Positions 1-6,914 of a stretch of DNA of 17,228 bases are shown here, one piece after another. The DNA lies in NCBI GenBank assembly GCA_964565725.1, contig CAZMGA010000013.1, forward strand, positions 1 through 17,228, written 5' to 3'. The notes beneath the pieces are model-generated. The model worked only from the letters and a program-made list of their open reading frames with translations. It was not told where the DNA came from and ran no database searches. The position numbers and the translations under genes are program-made. Position 1 is the first letter of the stretch. The number at the start of each line of letters is the position of its first letter. This DNA comes from an uncultured archaeon (GTDB taxonomy: Archaea > Iainarchaeota > Iainarchaeia > Iainarchaeales > 0-14-0-20-30-16).

Positions 1-387
1 AAAAATTTTACAATTACTTGGGATGCAGAAAAAGATAGAAAAACAAAAGCAATTATAAAATTAAATACCTCTATAGATGAAATTGATTTTGATGAAACTA
101 AATTTACTTGTGTAAAAAATAAAGATACATCTATTATATCTATATTTCAAATGTTGCCAAATGGGGAATATATATATACAACTAATGAAACTCAAATGCA
201 TTTTAAGAAAGAGGGAACAGATATATTTATATGTGTAAAAAATAGGGAAGTTCCTGCGCCAGTAGTAACTCCTGAACCAAAGCCGTTAAAACCATCTGAT
301 GATGGTACTACTCCTACAAGTAATTTTAACTTTAAAAAGTTTTATAATGGATTATTGGAAAAATTATTAAAAAAAAAAGCCCTATAA
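1..387 (+). CDS. N-terminal part (5'-truncated by window edge) of a secreted/surface-type protein with a P/T-rich linker; probably the same polypeptide as the SGNH-amidase frame that follows
   Basis: Frame 1 is open from base 1 (KNFTITWDAEKDRKTKAIIKLNTSIDEIDFDETKFTCVKNKD...) through the linker PAPVVTPEPKPLKPSDDGTTPTSNF and stops at 385-387, just after the A-run at 369-378. The track's start at 151 is an internal Met. Confidence 0.6.
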   Translation, partial: KNFTITWDAEKDRKTKAIIKLNTSIDEIDFDETKFTCVKNKDTSIISIFQMLPNGEYIYTTNETQMHFKKEGTDIFICVKNREVPAPVVTPEPKPLKPSDDGTTPTSNFNFKKFYNGLLEKLLKKKAL

Positions 388-1724
388 CTAAAACAAACAC
401 AATTACAACAGTAAATTCTACTGAAAATTATCTTTTTATTGGAGATTCAATTACTGTTGGTAATTGGTATAAATATTCATCTTTAAATGATGGTGCTAGA
501 TGTGCAATTAGTGGCGCAGAAGCAACAGATATTTTAAAATATTTAGAATCAGACTGTACAACAAGTAATTTAAAATATACTAGCAATTATAATTTCAAAA
601 ACTTTTCTAATTACGAAACAGCAGTAATTCATTTAGGAGTAAATGATTTGAGACATGTAAGCCCTAATGAATTGCAAAATAGAACACAAAACATCATTAA
701 TTTTTTAAACAATAAAGGAATCAAAAAAATTATATTATTAACAACTATACCTACAAAAACATTTGCAAATAGAAACATTAAAATTAAAACATATAATGAC
801 TGGATAAAAACATTAAATGGAAAAAATGGAATAACTGTTGTAGATGCAGCATCTAATTTTTATACTAATTCAAATGTAAATACTAATTATTATATTGATG
901 ATTTACACCCTAACGAATTAGGAAAAAAAGCGATGTCTGAGGCTTTAGATTTATATATTGCAAAATTGTTAGTATATGAAGGCCCCATAGATGAACCGTT
1001 TAATGCTTCTGATGAACCATTTACTTTATTTCTAATGGCTGGAACTAAAACCATTAATAGTTTTTTATCAACTTATTTATTATCTGTTGATGAGGTAATT
1101 AATTTAAAAAATACAATTGATGTGAATGAATTATATCTAAATCATAAATATTTAAGTAAATTAGATAAAAGAACAAGTTATGGTTTTGTAGTTTTACATG
1201 ATGGTGGAGATATTCCTATATGTAAAGATAATAAAGATCAAGAAAATTGCGTAATAAAAAATATAATTTTAGGACAATGGAAAAATAGTGGTTTATCAAG
1301 TCATTACTATATTGGTTGTGATGGAAAAATATTTAAATTAATTTCTGAAAATTATATAGCAATGCATGCAGGTTGTAATAAAGATTATTGTGTAAAAGGA
1401 ATGAATAATGTATCTATAGGAGTAGATTTAAGAAATTGTAGTAGATATACTGAAAATAAATCTTCTTATACGAATGCACAACATAACTCTTTAAATTTAT
1501 TATTAAAAGATATGTACTCACGAGGAATAATAAAAGAAATTGTTGATGAAACTGTAATTGCCCATTTTGAAATTAATAAAAATAAAGGGGATCCAGAAGC
1601 TGGTTTTAATTGGTTAATCATAGATGGTCTTTTAGAGGATCATAGATTATTAAGAGAAAATAATAAAGATACCCCATTTCAAAAAGCTTTAAAAAAAGTT
1701 ATAACAGATACCACATACGCCTAA
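348..1724 (+). CDS. SGNH/GDSL-family hydrolase domain followed by N-acetylmuramoyl-L-alanine amidase (Amidase_2/PGRP-like) domain; continuation of the upstream frame after a -1 shift
   Basis: Frame 3 is open from 348, after a TAA at 345-347. SGNH motifs: block I FIGDSITVGNW (GAT at 444), block III HLGVNDL (about 630-650), block V DDLHPNELG. Amidase_2 motifs: VVLHDGG, GLSSHYYIGCDGKIFKLISENYIAMHAG, NNVSIGVDLRN, AHFEINKNKGDPEAGFNW. The track's start at 648 is a TTG inside the SGNH GxND block, so it is not the real start. Confidence 0.8.
   Translation, partial: WIIGKIIKKKSPITKTNTITTVNSTENYLFIGDSITVGNWYKYSSLNDGARCAISGAEATDILKYLESDCTTSNLKYTSNYNFKNFSNYETAVIHLGVNDLRHVSPNELQNRTQNIINFLNNKGIKKIILLTTIPTKTFANRNIKIKTYNDWIKTLNGKNGITVVDAASNFYTNSNVNTNYYIDDLHPNELGKKAMSEALDLYIAKLLVYEGPIDEPFNASDEPFTLFLMAGTKTINSFLSTYLLSVDEVINLKNTIDVNELYLNHKYLSKLDKRTSYGFVVLHDGGDIPICKDNKDQENCVIKNIILGQWKNSGLSSHYYIGCDGKIFKLISENYIAMHAGCNKDYCVKGMNNVSIGVDLRNCSRYTENKSSYTNAQHNSLNLLLKDMYSRGIIKEIVDETVIAHFEINKNKGDPEAGFNWLIIDGLLEDHRLLRENNKDTPFQKALKKVITDTTYA
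369..378 (+). other. 10-nt poly-A tract at the frame transition; candidate slippage site (A AAA AAA in the upstream frame) or sequencing/assembly indel
   Basis: ttattAAAAAAAAAAgcc. The upstream frame (frame 1) reads AAA AAA AAA GCC CTA TAA. The downstream frame (frame 3) is open from base 348 and reads AAA AAA AGC CCT ATA ACT. Confidence 0.7.
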
Positions 1725-2435
1725 TTAAAGAAACATATGTGCTAAAAAAAACTTTAAATTGTTATCACAAATATTATATGTTAAATAGAATGGATATTTT
1801 GAACTCAATCTAATTTCTAAAGAATTATCTAAAGGACAATTTTTTAACATGTTAACTAAGTGTGAAGAAGAAAACTTTGCTTTAAAAATTTCTTTATTTT
1901 TAATATTTAATTTTGTATTATATTTTCCATACAAACCATCAGCCAATATATTTAAAGAATCAGATTCACAAGAAAATATAATAGATTCACTTACTACTTT
2001 TGAACAAGAAAAAATATCTTTTAATATTTCAGGATTTTCTTTAATTATTACTGGATAATCTTTAGAATTTAAATCCAAAATTTTATCATCAACTATTTTT
2101 TGAGAAAATGAAAAAGTTCTTGAATATTTGCCATTAATAATAACATCTAAACTTTTGTCTTTTATGTCTAAAAATAATTCTTCATCTGAATTTATTTTAG
2201 ATAAAATTTTATTAAATTCAACAACATTGATTCCAAAAACAGTAGAGGGTAATTCGCCTTCAATTCCTTGTGCAGATAAAAAATATTCTAAATAAATAAT
2301 TTGTGCATTGTCGAAAGCAGTAATTTTAATACCTTCGTCATTAAAATGCACATTGCATTCATCTACAAACAAAGAAATTTGCTCTAGAGATTTTTTAAAA
2401 GCATCGTTATTTTTGATTTTAAACATAGCTCTCAC
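1725..2435 (-). CDS. pcn: DNA polymerase sliding clamp (PCNA), divergent paralog
   Basis: PCNA-like sequence (FVDECNVHFNDEGIKITAFDNAQIIYLEYFL; C-terminal NNLKFFLAHMFL aligns with the canonical ..IEFFLAPR..). The called start is GTG; an ATG at 2426 is a likely alternative. Confidence 0.85.
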   Translation of the reverse strand: MRAMFKIKNNDAFKKSLEQISLFVDECNVHFNDEGIKITAFDNAQIIYLEYFLSAQGIEGELPSTVFGINVVEFNKILSKINSDEELFLDIKDKSLDVIINGKYSRTFSFSQKIVDDKILDLNSKDYPVIIKENPEILKDIFSCSKVVSESIIFSCESDSLNILADGLYGKYNTKLNIKNKEIFKAKFSSSHLVNMLKNCPLDNSLEIRLSSKYPFYLTYNICDNNLKFFLAHMFL

Positions 2436-3166
2436 TCATAATCTCTAGGGGCTAAGAAAAATTCTATATTTGCATTACCAATAAGATATCTTACTTTCAA
2501 AGGGGCGTTAGTTTTAATATTTAATTCAACATCAGTATCTACAGCACCTTTTAAAATATTTTGCAAATATTCTATAGAAAACATAGCAGTAGCTTCATTT
2601 TTTATATCTTTATCAGAAATTTGTTCTGAATTTAATTCTGTTTTATTTTCTAAATCACCTTGTGGACCTTTTGCGTTTATTTTAAAACTATTTTTATCCA
2701 CATTGAAAAGCAAATATGTTGAAAACAAACTTGCATCTTTTACACCATCTAATAAAGCATTAGATTTTATTTTTAATATGGCATCAAAAGCAATACTAGG
2801 ATTAGGAATTTCATTACTAGATAAATCTAATAAATTTATTGAAAAACTTCTAACATTATCTCCAGATAAAATAACATTTAATCTTTTATCTTTTACTTTT
2901 AATGATAATTTATCATTATTTTTTGCTCTTTTTAAAATACTTAATAATGATGGCAAATTAATACCTAATTTTGTGCTTCCAGAAACATCGAATTTTTCAA
3001 AAACGTCTTTAGGCATATTAAAAGTAACCATTGCAATTTGTGCGGCATCAATTGCTTTTAAGGATACTCCATATTCATTAACTACAAATTCAGCATCTTT
3101 AATCAAATCTACCATTGCATCAATACTTTGTCTAAATAATTTAGCATCAGATAATACTAACTCCAT
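2432..3166 (-). CDS. pcn: DNA polymerase sliding clamp (PCNA), canonical copy
   Basis: LIKDAEFVVNEYGVSLKAIDAAQIAMVTFNMPKDVFEKF...; C-terminal NANIEFFLAPRDYE typical of archaeal PCNA. SD-like GAGGTG upstream of the ATG on the minus strand. Confidence 0.95.
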   Translation of the reverse strand: MELVLSDAKLFRQSIDAMVDLIKDAEFVVNEYGVSLKAIDAAQIAMVTFNMPKDVFEKFDVSGSTKLGINLPSLLSILKRAKNNDKLSLKVKDKRLNVILSGDNVRSFSINLLDLSSNEIPNPSIAFDAILKIKSNALLDGVKDASLFSTYLLFNVDKNSFKINAKGPQGDLENKTELNSEQISDKDIKNEATAMFSIEYLQNILKGAVDTDVELNIKTNAPLKVRYLIGNANIEFFLAPRDYE

Positions 3167-3197
3167 AAATACACCTCTATATAACTAATATAATAAA

Positions 3198-3230
3198 AGA
3201 GGTAAAGGTTTAAAAAGACAACTTTACTCT
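3198..3230 (-). terminator. Possible stem-loop terminator of the FAD-dependent oxidoreductase gene on the minus strand
   Basis: AGAGGTAAAG (3198-3207) pairs with CTTTACTCT (3222-3230) with one bulged G. Read on the minus strand, the stem is followed by TTTATTATATT. Confidence 0.4.
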
Positions 3231-4569
3231 ATTTAAAAAGCTTTTTTATACCTCTTGCAGAAATCAAACCAGTACATGCGGCATTTACTATATCATTAGA
3301 TAAACCAGCCCCATCACCAGCAAAAAATAAATTAGGATATTTTTCAGATTGCAAGTCTTTAGAACAATTAATTCGCATAGCGCTTAATTTAATTTCGGGA
3401 GCATATAATAAAGTATAATTTGAATTTATGCCAGGCATTACTTCATTTAAAGCATCTAAACCTTCAACAATATCTGTTACGATTCTATGTGGTAGTAATA
3501 AAGATATGTCTCCAGGAACTACATCTTTTAATGTAGGTTGTACTAAATTTTTTTCTAATTTAGACCAAGTTGTTCTTCTACCTGCTTTTAAATCTCCTAA
3601 TCTTTGTAATATTGGTTTTCCAGAGCCTAAAAAATTAGCTAAATTTCCTATATATTTGGCATAAGAATTAGAATCTTCTATTGGCTCTGTTAATTTTATT
3701 TTAACTAAAAATGCAAAGTTTGTATTTTCTGATTTTAAATCTCTTAAACTATGTCCATTTACATTAATAAATTTATCATAACTTTCAGAAACAACAAACC
3801 CCTCTGGATTAGTACAAAAAGTTCTTACAAAATCATCATATGTTTTTGTGTAAATATGAAATTTAGGATCATATTGTATATCTGTAATATTTTGAGTTAT
3901 TTCTTTTCTAGTTTCTACCCTTACACCTATATCTACAGGTAAATATATTGTTTCTAAACCAATATCTTTTGCAACCTTATTTAACCATTGAGAGCCAACT
4001 CGTCCTACCGCAAAAATAAAATAATCTGCAAAAAACTCGCCTTTATTTGTTTTTACTCCAATAACTTTTTTATTTTCTAAAATTAATTCTTCAACAGTAG
4101 TTTCTAAATATAATTTTAAACCTTTAGAAATTAAATTCTGCAACATATTATCTATTATCCCCGGCAAATAATCGGAACCAATATGTTTTTGTTTAACTTC
4201 TACAAATCTAATACTATTTTTTATAGCTGTTTCTTTTAATTCTTTCATTCTTTCTATTTTATTAGAATAATCTTCAAACATACCAAAATTAGTAAACGTT
4301 TGGTTTACTTCTTCAATTAATTTATACGCTTCGTCTAAAGGCAAAAAATCAATTAAGGATTTACTCATAAAAGGACTAAAATTTAATTTGCCATCTGAAA
4401 ATAAACCAGCTCCGCCAACACCAAATAACAAATCTTTTTTCGCTCTTTCTTTAGGTGCTTTACCTTTTTCAATAGCAATAACTTCAAAATCTGAATTTAA
4501 TAATTCCTTTGCTGCAAACAATCCGGCAGGTCCCAAACCTATAATAATTACTTTCTTTTTATCATCCAT
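3229..4569 (-). CDS. FAD-dependent dehydrogenase/oxidoreductase (NAD(FAD)-utilizing dehydrogenase family)
   Basis: N-terminal dinucleotide-binding motif VIIIGLGPAGLFAAKEL, FGVGGAGLFSDGKLN, and C-terminal NLFFAGDGAGLSNDIVNAACTGLISARGI. Confidence 0.88.
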   Translation of the reverse strand: MDDKKKVIIIGLGPAGLFAAKELLNSDFEVIAIEKGKAPKERAKKDLLFGVGGAGLFSDGKLNFSPFMSKSLIDFLPLDEAYKLIEEVNQTFTNFGMFEDYSNKIERMKELKETAIKNSIRFVEVKQKHIGSDYLPGIIDNMLQNLISKGLKLYLETTVEELILENKKVIGVKTNKGEFFADYFIFAVGRVGSQWLNKVAKDIGLETIYLPVDIGVRVETRKEITQNITDIQYDPKFHIYTKTYDDFVRTFCTNPEGFVVSESYDKFINVNGHSLRDLKSENTNFAFLVKIKLTEPIEDSNSYAKYIGNLANFLGSGKPILQRLGDLKAGRRTTWSKLEKNLVQPTLKDVVPGDISLLLPHRIVTDIVEGLDALNEVMPGINSNYTLLYAPEIKLSAMRINCSKDLQSEKYPNLFFAGDGAGLSNDIVNAACTGLISARGIKKLFK

Positions 4570-4597
4570 TATATCCCTTTTAATATAGCTACAACAT

Positions 4598-4607
4598 GTT
4601 TATAAAC
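4598..4607 (-). promoter_or_regulatory. TATA box candidate for the oxidoreductase gene
   Basis: GTTTATAAAC centred about 33 nt upstream of the minus-strand ATG (4567-4569). Confidence 0.45.
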
Positions 4608-4613
4608 CTAATT

Positions 4614-6026
4614 TTACCTTTTAATTTTAAAATTAATTTGAGACAAAATATTTGGTATAAATAATTTTATTTCTTTCATTTCTTCCGTTAATTTAAATTC
4701 GGAAACCTCTTTTCTAACATCCCTTAATTTAGGAACCCAATAAAAATAAGCTACGCTTCTAAAAATAAAACTTATCAAAAATGTAAACAATAATGGTCCT
4801 AAAATCCAAAATGAAAAATTAATATTAGATATTATTCCTCCCAATAAAGATCCAAAAAATAAACCTAAAACAGCAAATATATTTTTATAAGTTACAATGA
4901 TTGCTAACTTATCTCTTGATACAGCCTCATACACAAAATTAGTAGAACTTAAAATTAAGCCAGCATATAATAAATCACCTAAAAAAGTAATTATTAAAAT
5001 ATAAATTAATAAAAATAAATTTCCAAATTGTTTAAAAAATATTGTTAAAAACCAAAAGAAAGGAATTAAAGGTAATAATCTAGAAACAAATTTTATTATT
5101 TCTATATTTCCATGTTTGTCTCCCAATCTACCCCAAAATGGCATAAAAATATAATAGCTACCTACACTCACAATTAGATAAAAAGTATACCACAAATAAT
5201 TGAAATTTAAATCTTTTAATAAATAAACAGAATAAAATGGAGATGCAATATTTATTGCAAAAATTATAAACGCATAAAATAAAATAAATCTACCAAAGTT
5301 ATATTTAGGACATTTTTTTATAAACATAAATAAACTAAAATAATTTTCTTTACTGGCGCTAAATCTTGGTTCATATTGTTTTCTAATTAATAATGCAGAA
5401 ATAAATCTCGCAATAAATGAAAAACCAAATAAAAATATGTAAGCAATAAAAACATTTGTTTGTTTAAAAAAGTCTAAGAAAAATCCAGCTATTAACATAG
5501 TTAAAATTACTACTATGCCTATAATTCTATTTCTCCTTCCAAAAAAATCTCCTTTATTTACAAAGGGTAATAAATCATTCATCCATGAAGACCAAATTGG
5601 ATTTATAGAATGTCCTGAAATTAATAAAAAAGTATATAATATTATTAAGTAAACTGGTCCCAAAGATAGATCTTTTTTTAAAAGCAAATATGCTAAAGCT
5701 AAACACATTATTGCTAGCCATAATATAGATTGAATCAATATTCCTAAAAAAACTATTTGTCGTCTATTTTTATTTACCAAAGCTTTAATAGCAAACAATT
5801 GAGAAAAATTACCTAATAATTCCGGCAAAGATTTTAATAATCCTATATGAACATTATTGGCGCCCAAATCTAAAGCAAAAGCCGTAATATAACTTAAACC
5901 AAAGCCTTCACTAACCCCGTAAAATGCTCCTTCTTTAACGCTTGTTTTTCTACCCTTTGCTCTTTTTACAGATTGTTTATTTTCTATTTTATCCACAATA
6001 GTTTTTAATGGCATAAAATCACACAA
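4614..6026 (-). CDS. Major facilitator superfamily (MFS) transporter-like membrane protein
   Basis: Multiple hydrophobic segments over 470 aa, with MFS-like FFGRRNRIIGIVVILTMLIAGFFLD and WGRLGDKHGNIEI loops. The start may be the second Met (MPLKTIV). Confidence 0.75.
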   Translation of the reverse strand: MCDFMPLKTIVDKIENKQSVKRAKGRKTSVKEGAFYGVSEGFGLSYITAFALDLGANNVHIGLLKSLPELLGNFSQLFAIKALVNKNRRQIVFLGILIQSILWLAIMCLALAYLLLKKDLSLGPVYLIILYTFLLISGHSINPIWSSWMNDLLPFVNKGDFFGRRNRIIGIVVILTMLIAGFFLDFFKQTNVFIAYIFLFGFSFIARFISALLIRKQYEPRFSASKENYFSLFMFIKKCPKYNFGRFILFYAFIIFAINIASPFYSVYLLKDLNFNYLWYTFYLIVSVGSYYIFMPFWGRLGDKHGNIEIIKFVSRLLPLIPFFWFLTIFFKQFGNLFLLIYILIITFLGDLLYAGLILSSTNFVYEAVSRDKLAIIVTYKNIFAVLGLFFGSLLGGIISNINFSFWILGPLLFTFLISFIFRSVAYFYWVPKLRDVRKEVSEFKLTEEMKEIKLFIPNILSQINFKIKR

Positions 6027-6492
6027 AAATTATATTTACAAAAAAACCTACAAAATATGTAATTATTATTACTAATATTGCAATACTTATATGTTCAAAA
6101 ATTGCATGAATTACGTTTTCTTTATTATTTTTAGCTACAAAAAAACTAAAAATACTTAATAGTAATAAACCCAAAATTATATTTATTATAACTCCTATTT
6201 TTAAATTAAAAATTATTATAGGTCCTATAAATAAAATAGCTACAAAAAATTTTGCCAAAAAGGTATATAAAGTAGAAAACCAAATTTGTTTTTTATTTTT
6301 TTGTGAAAACTCTTGAGAAATATGAATACCTAAGGAGTCAGACATAGCATCAGCTATAGCTATAGTGATAATTCCCCCAATAACTGCTAATTTAGAATTA
6401 GTAGCAACATCTAAGCCTACAATTAAACCCAAAGTAGTTATTATTGCCGAAGTAATTCCAAAACCTAAACCTGTTTTTAAAGCATCATTCAT
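6019..6492 (-). CDS. CCC1/VIT1-family-like membrane protein (putative Fe/Mn transport)
   Basis: GLGFGITSAIITTLGLIVGLDVATNSKLAVIGGIITIAIADAMSDSLGIHISQEFSQ, which has the GLVVG...A.AD..S...G.....E pattern of VIT1/CCC1 proteins. Confidence 0.7.
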   Translation of the reverse strand: MNDALKTGLGFGITSAIITTLGLIVGLDVATNSKLAVIGGIITIAIADAMSDSLGIHISQEFSQKNKKQIWFSTLYTFLAKFFVAILFIGPIIIFNLKIGVIINIILGLLLLSIFSFFVAKNNKENVIHAIFEHISIAILVIIITYFVGFFVNIIFV

Positions 6493-6538
6493 TATATAAA
6501 AACAACTTAAAGCATATAAATCATAACTAATTCTGTTT

Positions 6539-6565
6539 AAGAAAAGACCTTATAAATGTTTTCTT
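6539..6565. promoter_or_regulatory. Candidate shared/bidirectional core promoter between the CCC1/VIT1-like gene and rpl35ae
   Basis: AAGAAAAGACCTTATAAATGTTTTCTT: 7-nt inverted arms (AAGAAAA/TTTTCTT) flank a central TTATAAAT, giving a purine-rich BRE-like element upstream of the TATA on both strands. It lies at the midpoint of the 124-nt gap 6493-6616. Confidence 0.4.
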
Positions 6566-6616
6566 GCCTATTATATATTATCTAATTATTATTTTTATAT
6601 TAATTGAGGTGTTATA

Positions 6617-6880
6617 ATGGTTGAAATTAAAGGAATTATAAAAAATTATAGATTAGGAGTAAATACTCAAAAAACAAATCAATACGTAATTATTATTGAA
6701 GGTTATGATAAAGCTAAATCTTCAGCTTTAATTGGGAAAAGTGCAATTTGGACTACTCCTTCAGGTAAAGAAATAGTAGGTAAAGTTACAGGCGTGCACG
6801 GAAATAAAGGTGCAATAAAAGTTAGATTTGATAAAGGTTTACCAGGCCAAGCAATAGGTACTGATATTTTAATTAAATAA
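6617..6880 (+). CDS. rpl35ae: Large ribosomal subunit protein eL33 (L35Ae)
   Basis: VEIKGIIKNYRLGVNTQKTNQYVIIIEG...LIGKSAIWTTPSGKEIVGKVTGVHGNKGAIKVRFDKGLPGQAIGT; SD-like GAGGTG upstream. Confidence 0.93.
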   Translation: MVEIKGIIKNYRLGVNTQKTNQYVIIIEGYDKAKSSALIGKSAIWTTPSGKEIVGKVTGVHGNKGAIKVRFDKGLPGQAIGTDILIK

Positions 6881-6898
6881 AAGCTATTGCTTTTATTT
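6875..6898 (+). terminator. Perfect 10-bp stem, 4-nt loop hairpin at the end of rpl35ae
   Basis: AAATAAAAGC-TATT-GCTTTTATTT; arms 6875-6884 and 6889-6898; includes the rpl35ae stop codon and is followed by a T-rich segment. Confidence 0.5.
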
Positions 6899-6914
6899 CT
6901 TATTTTAGATTTTT

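Noticed and set aside
1849-2058. 69-aa plus-strand ORF inside the divergent PCNA gene
   Set aside because: Antisense shadow ORF with no motif and no convincing start context.
2703-3188. 161-aa plus-strand ORF antisense to PCNA
   Set aside because: It is a mirror of a well-supported PCNA gene. The protein is a low-complexity K/N/S/L-rich translation with no recognisable motif, as expected of a chance antisense frame in AT-rich DNA.
3428-3942. Plus-strand ORFs of 78 and 63 aa (3428-3664, 3751-3942) within the oxidoreductase gene
   Set aside because: Shadow ORFs antisense to a confidently assigned flavoprotein.
4388-4588. 66-aa plus-strand ORF
   Set aside because: Antisense to the Rossmann-motif region of the oxidoreductase; no independent support.
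6019-6026. 8-bp overlap between the MFS-like and CCC1/VIT1-like genes as an overlapping-gene signal
   Set aside because: It disappears if the MFS gene starts at its second Met (MPLKTIV), so it is probably a start-site choice issue.
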